64,000 bases of DNA from Chrysomallon squamiferum (Eukaryota > Animalia > Mollusca): NCBI GenBank assembly GCA_012295275.1, contig CM022670.1, positions 24,304,001 through 24,368,000 of the forward strand, read 5' to 3'. The notes under the pieces were generated by a model. The model saw only the letters and a list, made by a program, of their open reading frames with translations, searched no databases and was not told where the DNA came from. Position 1 is the stretch's first letter; each line of letters begins with the position of its first letter. Shown in pieces: positions 1 to 14,724 of the stretch. A program made the translations under genes and the position numbers.

Positions 1-1954
1 TCATCATCATTAACATTATTATCATTATTATTAACATTATTATCATTATTATTATTATTATTATTATGTTTAGTTTTTTTGGTCTGTTTAACTGCCATTA
101 TGGACAAATGACAGAGATACAAAAAGTAAAATGATCTGTTCAGGCTGTCAGAGTTTTATGTTCATTTTTATTTTTCCAACTACAGAATTAATAATTGTGA
201 ATAAAAAGACAACATCTGCCTCCCAGCAGAATCAGGAGCGAGTTATTTTATAGTTGCAATTTGTTACTGGAACAAACCAGTCATCGTAAAAAAAAATTAA
301 TTAATAATTTGTAACTGCACAAAATGTATTTAGGCATTTGTTCACACGATTACAGGTACATTCAGAAGTAATGTTTAAACAAAGATAATGTTTAAGCACT
401 TGTTACATTTATGAATAACTGTCTGTCTGCATGTGTGTGTTTGTGTTTCATTGTGTTATTATAAAGACTGACAAACATATGTAGTTTATTTGTATGTGCA
501 TACAACTTTATTGATATCCTACCATTGGAATAGTCTTTATAGCATTTGTGAGGCAGCAGATTTACATTGTATAACATAGTATTATTAGTTAGATAATCAA
601 TACACATGAACAAACAAAAACAAATATACAAAAATAATAATACGGAAAAATGTATTATTTTAAAACCAGAGCATTATTGCATGGTTAAAAACTTTTGGAA
701 ATGAAAGATGTCAAAATATCACTTTCATAACTACCATCATCATTATCAACACCACCATCATTATCAATCAACATTTTTATTTTTTTATTTTTTTAACCCT
801 GCCCACCCCAGAACTATTATAACTGCTTTTTCTCACTGTCATAAGGTGTTTTTTTTTTTTAAACATAACCTGGGTGCATCTTCTTAACCTGTTACCAACC
901 CATTCAGTACTGACAATTAGTTTTGTAAAAATCCATACATTCTCTCCTGGCTTTGGGAATGTATGTGAAAGATCTCTCTTACAGATAACAAATGTAGCAG
1001 CTGTGTGTGTAGTTTTTTTTTCACACTCAGTCATGTGTGTGATAACATGTAAATGTGGACTAAAATGATTATGTTTCATTAAGTAAAACGTTTCATTCTG
1101 TCTATGTGTTTGATGTCAGAATGCAGGCACGACATATCGAGTTTGAAATATGAAACATCAACAGTAGCACCGCATTTTCCCCATTCCATCAGTGCTCCAT
1201 TCATTGTTTACTACTGACCATAATTATAATAATACTACTAATAATAATAATACAGTTTATAAATAATGTATTTTTATCACACAGGTGAATGGTTATTTAA
1301 ACGTCTGTAGTTATCTGGATATGGCAGGAAATCTGCTTGGATTTCAAGTATAACTCTTTAACCTATGTAAGCCTGTGATCACCATATAGTATGGTAGACA
1401 TCTTTGTTTTGTGTGTGTATGTGTGTGTTTGTGTTTGTGTTTGTGTGTGTGTGTGTGTGTTTGTGTGTATTATTTTTATATACTAAATAATAAAAAACAA
1501 ATAAATATGCTGGAATAGTCAGAGATAGGTTTTGTAAATTTACTAATATTTATTTTTTATTATTTTTGTTTTGTTTTGTTTTATTTTATTTCAACTTATT
1601 TTATTTTATTTTATTTGTTGTTGAAACAAGGAATATATTGAAAAATAAATACAATAAGCAGTGTACTAATGATATTTATTTATTTAGTATAACTTTTATC
1701 TTTTCTTTATTCTTTATCAGCTTGATTCTTATGAGGTGGGAGGGTCTTTTTCTTTGTATTGTTATTATTAAAAAAAAATTCATAACTTTTTAAAAAAAAT
1801 ATATGTTATTCGGTTTTCTTTTTCTTTCTTTTTAATTTTCTTGTTTTTATTCCTTAGTTTTTCAGTGACATTGTTTCTGAGTAGGGTGAGAGTTTGGGTA
1901 CTTATTTCCTTCGTGCTTGTTTTTATAAGTAAATCTTTTGTTTTTTTATCACAG

Positions 1955-2128
1955 AATTCATCCAGCAAAGTTTCGATTTTCTGGTCTTCCATTTTTCCTG
2001 TGTATTGCTATTTACTGCTATGAGGTGAGCATTTGAACAGTTTCTTGTAATAGTTGTCTTTGACAAGCATTTTATACTGAATACATCATTTTATTGTGGA
2101 AATAATTAAATACTAATATGTCCTGGCC

Positions 2129-2160
<32 letters not shown>

Positions 2161-4530
2161 CATTATCATTATTATTGTTATTGTTATTGTTAGTATTATT
2201 GTTAGTATTGTATAAAAAAAACTATTTTTATAGACTATGTAAAGTTGGCCTTCACTACATAAATTATTAAATTGTGCCATGCCTATAAATGTGAAATGTA
2301 TGAATTTCTTTGGGGTTTTTATTATTTAATAAGTGTATATTAATTAATTATTTATTTATTTATTCATAGGGAGCAGGCATGATTTTAGCATTAGAATCAT
2401 CACTTCACAAAGACATCAGATTCAAGTTTAAAAAGTAAGTATATTAAAGTCTGCCAATTGCTGTGTGATAATGATTTGTCTAAAAAAAGAATCATTTTAC
2501 TTACAATTTGCTATTTTATTTGGTTTGAGCAATATAAAATTATTAATAACAGATTATGACAACTGTATAAAAAATCTGAAGATGGCCATTTTATCCCTAT
2601 AAAACTGGAAGAACAGACTGATTGTTGCAGTTTGTCAGCAAACATTGATGTCACAACTACAGAATAAAGGCCAAACCAGATATTTTTACTTGTAATCATA
2701 TTTATTAATTAAAACTTAAGGCAAAAAAAACAAATTAAAATATATCTTAAAAGTATGCAGCAGAAAACATAGAGAATATTTCATTTCTTTTCTTCTTTTA
2801 AAAAATTAAGAAGAAATATTTATATTTGTGCTTGTATGTGTGTATGAGAGAGAGATAGAGAATCAACTTTTTATTATTGTTGTCGTTTAGTTGTTTTTAT
2901 TATTATATGATTTGAAATATGAATATTATAATTGTTTTTTTTTTAATGTTTCAGATTTTTTATTTGTACAATGGCTATAGTTACAACGCTGTATATAACA
3001 TTTGGAGCATGTGGGTACCTGGTAAGTAAACACATGCTGTTGTGATAATTTATTTACCAGAATGGAACATGAAACACCAAATACTACAAGAATAATAAAA
3101 CACATTTATATTTTTTTTATAATTTATACACGTTTTGTGTTCTAAAAGACATTATGGTTTTAGTGTGAATGTTAGTATGTATGTTTATTCATAAGCAGTC
3201 ACACACACACACACACACACACAATGGTCAGTAAGTAAAATTAATTTAAAATTAAACGTAATTTATTTACAGCTAAATTAACACTTGGGTTATTATTATT
3301 ATATTTGAAATTTTAAAGTAATTTATTGACATTTTGGTCTATTTTATAGTACTTTACAGTATCCATTTATCTTTTAAATTCTTGTCTCTTTTATTTTTCA
3401 GTCTTTTGGACCAGAAACAAATCAAATAATTACTCTAAACTTGCCAAAAGGTTTGTTTTGCATTTAGCTTTTCATTTTACAGATTAAGGAATTATATTAA
3501 ATTATTTTAAATTATCTGTATGCAAATAAAAATTATGGTCAAATTTGATTTATGCATAAAATATACCTTTCCAGTCAGATTACAAGTCTGAATGTTAATT
3601 GTTAAGAATTTCAGGTATATAGTTAATACAATGCAAAATATTACTATAATGAAACATTAGGTTTAAGACACTTGCTAGTTATATTTTTAATGTCTAAAAT
3701 AATAGATCTCTTATTATTAATATAAAAATGTAGAGAATAAATTAATAACAAAGCCATTGATATTTAAGTTAAAAATGGGATAATAAATATAAAATATATA
3801 TTTTTCAGTTGTGTATTTTTTATTAATTTTTATTTATTTATATTGGTTTTAGGTCAGTCTGTTGACTTCAGTATGATGGTGAAATCATTTCTGTGTTTAG
3901 CTCTTTTCTTCACCTATCCTAGTAAGTTTATAATTTACTTGTTTGTTACTGTAAGATAATAACCATCCAATAACTCAGATATTACATCTTTAAGATTAAT
4001 ATAACTGTGATATAATATTTTATAGATTTTTTGCATTTAAACATTTGTTCATTTGTATGCCCTTACCTTTTTAAACTTATCAATGTAAATAAAAAGCTGT
4101 ATAGTTTCAGATATGTGTCTTTAGATCTGTCATTAATTGAAACACACTAATACACATGCAGTGTTATTATAAAAGAAATGTATACACAAATTATATGTAC
4201 TTTTATCCAAATTAATTCTGGGTATATTTCACAGTTTTAACAATAGCTTTGCTGACACTTTAATTTTATTTGTCTGCTTATTTCATAATTTAATCACACT
4301 GATATATATAATCAGTTCTATCATTAAATTTAGAATTTGTATTTTCAAATCTTTATCTTTTCTTAATTCCAGTCATGATGTTTCCAGTAACGAAAATTTT
4401 AGAGAGATATTTTTTGCCTGATGCAGATAAACAGTATTGGAAAGGAGTAAGTATACTCGGATGTTATCTTTGGTGTTATGTAGAAACAGACTGAATTCTT
4501 TTTAAACTATAAAGTGTTTGTTTATTTATT

Positions 4531-4620
<90 letters not shown>

Positions 4621-6173
4621 GCTATTATTATTTCAGAATATGATGCGAGCTATTCTGGTTGTTGTCACCGGATTCATTGTTATGGCAATACCAAATTTTG
4701 CTACTTTGATGGCTTTGATAGGTGCCAGCTGCTGTACTCTGCTTGCCTTCATATTACCAGGAATATTCCACTTGAAAGTTTTTAATATGTAAGTAAAAAT
4801 AAAACACACATTTTAGTAAACATGAAACTTCTGTGGTTTAATAGGTAACTGTTGCCATACTTTCCTTCAGGAATCTTTCACTGAAAGTTTAATGAGAAAG
4901 TTAAAAATAAATTACTAAAACATATTTGATTAAAACAATGTTCAAACGTCTTTCTGTTCCGATTTCTAATTCAAATTTTTCTGTAAATAGGCTGCTAAAC
5001 ATTTTGGCCTTTGCTTGTACAGGTATGCAACCCATATATCTGGGAAGGTGGAATAAGAGGTGACCTGGATTTCTGAATTAACCATTTTTTTTTTTTTTTA
5101 CAAAGCCTTTAGAAATGCTAAAATATAAAGAATGAAACTGTATTTAACAGATACATATTAATAACTTCAAATTTTTCTGGTAATCAGTTTTGTCAAATGT
5201 GGATACATTGCTACCTGTACATTATTACTGAACTATCTGTAAAAGACTCTGAACATACAACCAACCTCCTTAGGCCAGCTATACCAGTGAGTTATCATGT
5301 GTTAGAATTACTTTCTACACAAAAACATTGCTCAGTGGTTGGAACCAGGATTGAGATATCATTGGTCACAGAACAACTCATCTTCAGCCACTTGTTCAGT
5401 TACGTCCCACAAAGACATTGCGCCAGTATTAAAGGGTACACACACTTCTGTGTTTGGGAAAGTGTATACAAACAATCCCTTCTTGCTAATGGAAAAACTG
5501 ACAGTTGTATGGATTTCTTATCTCATTATCTATATGGTCTTTAAATATTCCTATTAATTAATATGCCACATTACTGTAGTTAAAAATGTAACGAGAGCCT
5601 TGCTAAATCAGACATTTCTTTCTTTCCTTCCTGCTTAGTATATTGCTTTCTGAATAACCATTCATCAATTGTAGAATTTTGTTTTTCTGTCTTCTTTCTT
5701 TCTTTCTTTCTTCCTTTATTTCTTTTATTTTTATTATTATTTTTTTTTTTTTTGATGGTCAACTTCATTCTCTATCTATTACTTATATATTCTGTTTCAG
5801 ATCCCTCACATGGACTCAGCGACTGATCAACTGGGCGTTAATTATTCTGGGAATTGCAGGGTAAGTGACTCTGACCAGGTAGAGTCGTCTATCCCTAATC
5901 ACAATGCTAGGTTTATAAAACTTCAGACTTGTTCACTGTTTAAAGTAAGATGATATAAGCTCTACGTTTGAACTTTGCTGTAAAATTGGTGATGTTAAAA
6001 TATAGTTTTTACAATCCTGGGTACACAGTGTTAAAAAACAAAGAAAGAACCCAATAGAGTCATGCAGCTCAAATTCTAATTCTTTAAACTCATGTAGATG
6101 TTATTTGTTACTTCATGTATATATATATATGATGGCCACTTGAATAGAGGTTGTTTATTGTAAAATATATCTG

Positions 6174-6211
<38 letters not shown>

Positions 6212-6464
6212 ATATATATATATATGCATATTGTATGTACACTGTAAGTAAATTGTATTACCTGTTGTTTGTTACAGGACCATTGTTGGAATGTGGGATG
6301 CTTTGAGACGAATAGCAGAACCAAGTCTAACGACTCAGATCAAACCTTTTACTACACCTCACAGCTTAATAAACACAACAGCATCTTCCATGATTTCAAC
6401 ACTGGCAACAGCTCTACTTAATTTTACTGTAACACCATCACCAGCTCCTAACACAACCCTGTAG
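1955..6464 (+). CDS. Amino-acid transporter, SLC36/AVT3/ANT1-like (Aa_trans family), 3' part; 5' exons lie upstream or were not found
   Basis: Hand-spliced GT-AG exons 1955-2024, 2370-2434, 2955-3021, 3402-3450, 3853-3921, 4373-4446, 4637-4788, 5801-5860 and 6278-6464 join in frame. They give ...GLPFFLCIAIYCYEGAGMILALESSL...LYITFGACGYLSFGPETNQIITLNLP...LCLALFFTYPIMMFPV...RAILVVVTGFIVMAIPNFATLMALIGASCCTLLAFILPGIFHL..., typical AAAP-family motifs; stop TAG at 6462-6464. Confidence 0.9.
4537..4630. repeat. (TTA)n microsatellite directly upstream of a splice acceptor
   Basis: Visible tandem TTA run; source of the poly-Leu ORF 4514-4792. Confidence 0.95.
5330..5635 (+). mobile_element. Decayed SINE-like interspersed repeat
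   Basis: Core AATCCCTTCTTGCTAAT resembles AAAGATCCTTGCTGCTAATT near 37225 and a reverse-oriented remnant near 40210-40350; ends in a CATTTCTTTCTTTCCTTCC tail. Family assignment is from recollection of molluscan SINEs, not a search; boundaries approximate. Confidence 0.4.
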
Positions 6465-9155
6465 TTTTTTGTGAATAATGGCACAAGTTGTATTTATTTT
6501 TAATATAAAGAAGGGAAGTAATAAGAGGAAAAAAACATATTTATAATTTTATATGTAAATTTTAATTTCTTTTCTCATTTAAATTGTCTCTTTCTCTTTT
6601 TCTTTTTTTTAAAAATAGGTTTGGCTTTATTTGGGTTTTTTTTTTGGTTGTTATTTTGCTCTTTGGGATTTATTTATAAATACAAGCAATTTCTGAACAT
6701 ATTTTTAGTCACATTATAACATTTTATTAGATATTAACACATTTTGAATCAATCATAATTAATAATAAATGTAATGTGTGATTACAAAGTGGAATTTAAC
6801 ACTTAAGGAGTTGAAGATTAACACACAAATATTTAATATATGCACATATTCTCTTGATGGATTTGTTTTATTTATTTTTATTTTTAAATTTGTTTTCTGG
6901 GATTTAGAAAATGGCTGACTGAGAGACTAGAAAGGTCAGACAAGGAGCTGTAATTATGTGTTAATAGTATCTTTGCTAGTCAGGCAGTTTTACTTACTGG
7001 AAAAATAATATCCTTGACATTACTTATGCTGATTACATAATCAGGAAGACACAAAGTTCTGCTAAAACTAGAAGTGGTTTAAATTCTATTTTACAATCAA
7101 AATGTATTTTTGTAAAAAGTGATATACAGTATTTAGTTTAAATAATTTTTATTTCTGTTCCAGTTTAAAATCATTGCAATTTATAACATGATGATGCAGT
7201 AATATTAGTCATGACACTGTTCAATAATCCACATAATGTTTTAGCCATGTTTTTATGCTGTGTTTAATTTTCTGTTTAACTGATACAAAGACATGGGTTT
7301 TTTTTCAGTTTATCCATGTAAAATGTTTGAGATACAAATTAAATATTTCACTTTATCCTGACACACAAGGATAATGTTTGAGGTTATTCTGGATTATAAA
7401 ACCTGTCCTTTGTATATAATCTTTTTTTTTTATGTCGAGCAATCAAGACTATAGATCAAATTTCAAAGTAGTGTTTAAATCAATCCACATTTTAGATGGA
7501 AATCCAATTACCTCAGATTTTATTTTTCACCAATTTTGCATGCAGATACTAGGATTTTATAGCCAAAGAAAAATCTTAAAATGCAATTTTTAAATTTCTT
7601 AATATTCTGCATCTAGTACAGTGTTTTTTTGATAAATTGAAATTAAGCAGCTTAAATTTAATTAATTTTTTTTTTTTATTATTTCTTTAATATTTTCACA
7701 TTGCAAACCATGTTCTAAATCAATAATTATTTTCAAGAAGTGGATGCTTCAAAAAAAAAAAAAATCATCTATTTTTATACATAATGCACCAAACACTGAT
7801 TAGTTCATTTATTTAACTTTTTGACTTCAGACATTTGCCCAAAATATTTATTTATTTATTTATTTTTTTTATTGTTTTTAATTTAGTCATGACATTTATT
7901 TACGGCTTTTCTGTGATACGGGAGATAAAAGTTTGTAGCTCAATTGTATAGTTATGATTTATTAATACAGTGGTAATATACAGTAATATTTTAATACATA
8001 ATCATTTTTAAAAATATAGATAAAAGCTGTGCTTTTAGACTGTAACAAGAAACTGAGATATTTAAGAGAGTCCTTTAAGTTTTACATATGCACACACACA
8101 CACATAAAGATTATTTTGTTATTACACTGTGACAGTGAAAATAGTGATCATTTGAGATAAACATCATGCACATATTTTGAATATATTTATTTATGAACTT
8201 TGAATTTGTGATTTAGAAATCTGTGTCTGTATATAAATTGTTTTTAATTAGGTTGAGTCCTGTAAATATTCATACTTTGTGCTTTTTCATTTTATTTTTT
8301 TAAATGGAATTCCTTTTTCAGTTTGTATTCATGCCTTTTTTTTTTTTTTTTTTTCAATCATTCTGAATTATATAGTATTGTTAGATGCTTACTTATTTTT
8401 TTATGAATATATTGGACAACAAATGCTAGGGGGCATGATATATTTTCATATGTATAAAATTTTCATTCAAAACACGATTATTTTGTGGACCAAAATGTAT
8501 TGCTGTTGTTTGTGACAGCATTCAGTGGAAACACAGATATTAAAACAATATCACCAAATATTACATAGATGCAATTCTGTTCAGTATATAAATGTACTTA
8601 TTATATAGATATATTTTATTGTGATATACTTGTCTGCATGTGTATTGTTCTGTGAGTGGTCTTTTTGTGGGTCTTGTTAATCTTGGTATTTCATTTTATT
8701 TATATTCACATATTTTGATATATTTACACTGCATTTTAAGCAGAAATTAATTTTTTTTTTTTTTTTTTTTTTTTTGTGTAAAAAGGTGTATAGTTCTTAA
8801 TCCATGACAGCATTTTGTTTTCATTTTGCAAACAGTTTATTTATTATTTGGAATAACTTTGTTATATATAATGCTATAAGTCTGTAACATGAATGTATAA
8901 ATACATTCGTTCTTTTATGCAATGTTACAAACTTACAGCCTTTATCTAGAATACATACATGCACAAATTATGCAGGTCTTCTTTTTTCCTAAAAAATTTC
9001 CAGGCAGAAAATAATTTGGCAAAATGATTTATCTTCACTTTGTTTATATGTATGTCTCAAATGTCTCTATGGATTTTGTTTTTTTATTTTTATTAAATAA
9101 CAAATTTATTTTATAAGTTTAAAGGGTTAGTTGTAAGTGCTATTAAAATTATATA

Positions 9156-9981
9156 TACACAGTGGTTCCTATGTTGTATGGACACCCTTGGGGCCAAGCA
9201 AAATGTCCCTACATTGCAGGACTCTCCTCTCATCAGAGGGATAAAAATTACAGACAAACTTTCTGAACTTATTTACAGGCTTTGTTCACATCCATCACTC
9301 AAGGAACCACAACAGAAATAAATCATCATGGATGGACATTGCTGGACATTGCCTTAGCCAGTATCACAGCTTTTTCCTAAAACACAATTGCAAACATATC
9401 AAGATTATTGATGGATATAAATAAAATTTATTTTGCAAGTTACAAAACTCGTAATAAGCATACGGTATATTTATGTTTTATGAAAATATTGCTTTTGGAA
9501 CCCAAACAGAGCTCCCATTTCTGACCCACCATCTTTTCAGCCTCAAAAGTCAACTAAGATTCAGAGTTTACAAAGCATAAATATGCTTAGAATAATTTGG
9601 AATTATTGAAATTATGTACTAAATGGTTTAAACTTGTATGGTTTGGTGATTGCAGTTTGCAGGATCTTGTGATTTGACAAAATGACTCTCCCTGCATGCT
9701 CAGCGCAGTGCAAAAACGGGTGATGCCAACTTTAAAAATAGTGTATAAGCTCCTATACAATAAAACATTTTTATTTTGGACAATACAAATCCATACTGGT
9801 ATGGCTGTTCACTTTAGCAGTGAAATAATAATTTAAAAATGTTCTCCTGGTCTGCATTCAGCAGGTGTGAACTTTTCTCACAGACATTTCCACTGAAAAG
9901 CAGTCAGGACTCAGAAAAGTGTCCATATATCATAGGTGGCTGCTCATCTCAGATTCTGCTAAAGACAGGTACCACTGTGTA
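9156..9981. mobile_element. Candidate non-autonomous DNA transposon (MITE, Tc1/mariner-like ends)
   Basis: Left end TACACAGTGGTTCCTATGTT (9156) is an imperfect inverted repeat of the right end, whose reverse complement is TACACAGTGGTACCTGTCTT (ends 9981). Both ends are in TA context; no transposase ORF. Confidence 0.5.
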
Positions 9982-9985
9982 TGTA

Positions 9986-10034
<49 letters not shown>

Positions 10035-13000
10035 CAATATTGAGTCGAACATAAGTTATTTTACTTCTCAACTTATTTTTTTTTTAAATTGCCCAAATAC
10101 TAATTTATTTTAAGCTTAAAATCAAGAAATGTTTCCAAATTTAAAAACAGAAACATTTCTAAAATTTGTTCATGCATCACTGAATTTTATTTTACTTAAA
10201 GTTTGTGGATTTAATATTAATTTATTTTCAATATTTTCAATTAAAAAAAATCATCTTAACACCTTACTTAATTCTTGTTTATATCTGAACTGTAAATTCA
10301 GTACTCATTAGAAAAATGATGAATAAAATTAAAGTCTACACAGCTGATTATATATATTGGAATTATTTGTTAAATATAATTGTGTTTTTCTTAATCTTTT
10401 TCTTTCTGTGCAGAATTAAATTTATTTTATCAGTATGTTGTACGTACTGAGTGGTGGTATGTAACTGGTAAATAATACTTGCAAAATTGTATAAAATTAC
10501 CTTTAAAGATGTTTTATTTTTCTCTTGAAATATCAAAGATCGAAATTAATATCAAATGACATTACGATTATTTATGATGTGAAACCAGTGATGGTAATGT
10601 AGTAGCTTAGAATGGGTATTTTAAAACAAGATTAATAAATATATTAACAATATATTTTTGTTTGTGATGAATAAAATATGTTTTTATTTCATGTGACATT
10701 TTACATTTTAACAGATGTCTGTGACAAATAAACATCAGAAAGTGTTGATATTTGACATCAAGAGTTAACAATAAAAACATTCCGACAAAATGGCATATTT
10801 TCTGAAATCCTGAATAATAATTGTTTCTCACCTGTCACTGATATGGCAGCCCCAGAAAACTCACTCTAGGCTGTTTTTGGGGCCAGGCTTAAAGCACTCC
10901 CCACATCCCCAAAATACTCTGATCTCTGAAAAGGCACGATGCATTGTATGCTAATGCCAAACCCTGTTGTTATTAATAATTCCTTTGAAAGCATTCTTTG
11001 ATATGATATAACATAGATACATTATTGAATTATATTCATGTTGATGGGTTTATTTATTTTTTTGTTTGTTTTTGTTTTGTTTCAGGTAATCCCTAAAAGG
11101 GTGCCTCATTTATTTACAAGCCTACCTGTGGCTGGGTATCCTTGAACAATAAAATTATATATATATACAATAAAAAGGTGTTGTGCATGCAGTGTTCCAT
11201 TGTTTAAAAAGTGTTTTCTAAGATCTAAATAATATTACCCGGTCTGAAGATTAGCCTCTTTAATAATAGAAAGACTGGATCTAGTTCTCACACTAACATT
11301 CTGAGTTACTGATTTGGATCTAAGAGTAAAGAAAGTATAGAAAAAAATAACTAAACCAATGTCAGGTAGGCCCATTAAACATAGAAGTAGCTATCAGAAT
11401 CTGAACTGTAATCCAAAGGAATGTTAGTACAATGGCTCCCTCTAGACACTGGTTGTTTAGACTAAAAGGCAGTTCAAGTGCAGCAAAATACTGAGTTAAC
11501 CTTTATAATATATATTACAGTGAACTTTAGTCTGTTTAGTTTTAAAGCTATTTAGCTTGTACTGGGTTGTTTTTATCTACCTTTTTTCATTTTGCCATTA
11601 TAGTTTTTAAAAACATACATACAAATTTTAAATTATAATCATAAGCATTCAGGAGTGTATACAAATACGCTTTTTCACTTATTATACAAATTATTGTCAT
11701 TAATGAAACTATTGCTTAAATCAGCTAATTTTTATGAATGTACGTTTTAAATTCTATTTAAATATATAGGCCTACATGACATGGGGAAGTGTTTTGAGGT
11801 TCCTACACCAGCATTTTAACTAATGAACTCTTGGGTTGTACATCTGTCTTTGTATGTCTAGATAGGAAACAAGTGTTTTCCTTTTTAACCTGATCAGTCA
11901 CGACATCTGTATGTAATAAAAAAAAAAATCTTTTATCTTACTCATCTCACACAAATGTCCTTGTTTTTCCAGAAGGCAAACATTTTATCTGTCATTTTTT
12001 TCTTGATTGTACCAGGAGGAAGCTTGAAGCTATAAGTCATCTCTGATTTCTTTCTGCTACTGTTGAGATAAAATCAGAACATGTAATTAAGCTCAGTTGT
12101 TACAGATATGGTCTGTAGCTAATAGTTTCCAGATCTACAGTTTAAATAGGGCAGGAGGACCAATGTTTAGGGAAATGTAGACTAATTTTGTAGATGAATT
12201 TTAACATTAAAAAAAAAAAAACATAAATAAAAAATGTTAAAAATAAATAAATAAATAAACAAACAAAATAACAACAATAATAAAGTTCTGAAAAAACGAA
12301 CAAAATTATTAATGAGTGCATTCACCCATCCACCCAATGTTGACCTCTCCTTTCCATCCAGATCTACCCAAGATCTTCTTCATACCAGTACAGTAACAAC
12401 TTCATTAACAAACATTATGCAAGTTGATGTCATTATTTTGTATTACAGAATGTGAATGAATTCAAGATGTTAGTTTTCCTATGAACAGAAACCACACCAG
12501 ATAATAATCTCACTTCATTACAGAAACTGTTTCATACAATCAGTATCTAAATAACCTCCGAGCAAAATGGATTTAAAAGCATCTGGCAAAATAGGAATCT
12601 GAGTGTATAACTAAATTTAAACTTTTCAGCAATTCAACAACAATTGGAAACAAGGTCTCAAATAAGGTTGGTTAATTTAGGAATTTGGTGATATTTCTTT
12701 TTTTTCTTTGTTTGTTGTAATTTAAGTCTATCTCATTATTTTAAATATTTCAGCATGACAAGTTTTTATCTATACATTAGGAGTTAATATTTTTTTTTTT
12801 TTTTTTTTTCCAACAATGAAGTAAAAATTCTAAATTAAAATTTGTTATATATATATATATGAAAGTATAGGTTAACATTTTATTTAAATGTAGTTTACAC
12901 TGGGTAAATGAACAACAAATTAACAAAAATAAAATTAAAAACAAAAATTTACAAAAGTTTACAAAAGTAAAAAAGCAAAAGTAATAATAACATTTGAAAT

Positions 13001-13161
13001 AATACTGTTGATTAAATGATTTTGGATCATTCAGTTTGCAATAATACAAATAAGAAGAAGAAGAAGAAAAAAAATATAAAAATAACACAAAAAATAATAA
13101 TTTTTCTTTTCTTTAAATGTATTATTTTAACTGATTAATTTTACTTCAGATTACTTGGATT

Positions 13162-14286
13162 ATGAGAATAAAATGGCTGCATGTTTTAATGACTGGAACT
13201 GTACTATGCATCTGCCTCTGGTTGTACTCACAAATAAAGCCTTGTCGAATAGTAGTTGTGTCATCTCGGCAAGATCAAGGATCATTTGACAGAAGTTTTC
13301 TAAATCGGAACTTTCCTTCTGACATCAATGAGTCTAGCACCAGCCCAAACACCACTGACGATGACACAATTTGTCTACAACACAACATATGCAAACAAGA
13401 CGCAAATCAGCCGGTTTACGTATATACCAAAACCGATCACTTTGACCACATGTTGCATTCACGAATAGACGTCACGCACAATATCACCCATAGCAACAAG
13501 GTCATACCTAACATTGTGCACTTCACATGGTACGGAGGAAAGAGACGGAACGTCTTTCGTTTTCATCACTTGATATCTGTTCTGTCTGCTCACAAATTCA
13601 TCAAGCCCGCCAGAATTTATTTCTGGTGCGACCTGATCCCAGAAGGAGACTATTTTGAAGAAGCAAAAGACAAAGTACCAGAACTGAAACTGGTGCGGAG
13701 ATCTCCGCCAAATGTTATATATGGGAACAAAGTACGCAAACCGGAACATGTCACCGACGTCATCAGATTGGAGGTGTTACTGGAATACGGAGGCATCTAC
13801 TTTGACCTGGATGCCGTTGTCGTGAAGCCGCTGGAGAAACTGTTGTACTACGAAACAGTGATGGGATGGGAATCGCCGTCAGGTCTGTGCAATGGGATTA
13901 TCTTGTCAACAGCTTGGTCGAACTTCCTGAAAATCTGGCACAGAGAGTATTACAGTTTCCAGGACCGACTGTGGGCCTACCATTCAGTTCGTCTTCCAGC
14001 GGAATTAACACACAGATTCCCAAATCTCATCCACACCGAGTCTTTCTCCATAAACAGGCCTAACTGGTCTCAGCAGGAAATGGAGATGCTTTACAAAGAA
14101 GGGAGAATTTACGACTTCAAACGGAAGAATTATTTTATTCATTTATGGTTTCGACAACATGGCGTGGAGCACAGTCCACGTGACATTCGCACGTGGAACA
14201 CGACAGTTGGTGCTCTGTTCCGTTACGTCTATTACGGAGATGATAAGATCTGGACGTCTAACAAAGACAAAGAAGTAAAATTTTAG
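13162..14286 (+). CDS. Glycosyltransferase family 32 (DXD), alpha-1,4-GlcNAc/Gal transferase-like type II Golgi membrane protein, 374 aa
   Basis: Intronless ORF with N-terminal signal-anchor, stem, IPNIVHFTW, SDxxR-like motif (TDVIRLEVLLEYGGIYFDLD with DLD), LCNGIILS and C-terminal HLW. A splice acceptor TTACTTCAG ending at 13149 implies upstream UTR exon(s). Confidence 0.88.
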   Translation: MRIKWLHVLMTGTVLCICLWLYSQIKPCRIVVVSSRQDQGSFDRSFLNRNFPSDINESSTSPNTTDDDTICLQHNICKQDANQPVYVYTKTDHFDHMLHSRIDVTHNITHSNKVIPNIVHFTWYGGKRRNVFRFHHLISVLSAHKFIKPARIYFWCDLIPEGDYFEEAKDKVPELKLVRRSPPNVIYGNKVRKPEHVTDVIRLEVLLEYGGIYFDLDAVVVKPLEKLLYYETVMGWESPSGLCNGIILSTAWSNFLKIWHREYYSFQDRLWAYHSVRLPAELTHRFPNLIHTESFSINRPNWSQQEMEMLYKEGRIYDFKRKNYFIHLWFRQHGVEHSPRDIRTWNTTVGALFRYVYYGDDKIWTSNKDKEVKF

Positions 14287-14657
14287 CGTATGCTAAGCAA
14301 TAAAACATTTTTTTTTTTTTTTTTTTAAATTAATAATATATAATTTTTGTAATTAATTTCATTTTTTGAATGTATAATATAAGCGAAAAAAATGTATATA
14401 CCGAAATTTTTCTATCTATCTATCTATCTATCTATATATCTTTATTTATTTATTTATTTATTTATTTTTTTTTTTAATTTTTAAAAATATAAGGATTTTG
14501 TTTAAAAAATATAAATACTCCCTCTTGTCTGGTTAAAAAGAAAATACAAAAATCAAATTATAAAAAGTTAAGATTACTACACTAGGAAGAAGATGCAAGT
14601 AAATGGCTAGAATCGAGGACTTTGCCTCATTTAAAAAAAAAAAAAGTCTAGTCACGG

Positions 14658-14659
<2 letters not shown>

Positions 14660-14722
<63 letters not shown>
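14660..14722. repeat. (GT)n microsatellite
   Basis: Visible dinucleotide run. Confidence 0.95.

Positions 14723-14724
<2 letters not shown>

Noticed and set aside
4514-4636. Poly-Leu N-terminus of ORF 4514-4792
   Set aside because: Intronic (TTA)n; the real exon starts at 4637.
13459-14063. Antisense and alternative-frame ORFs inside the GT32 gene
   Set aside because: Shadow ORFs of a GC-richer coding region; no recognisable motifs.
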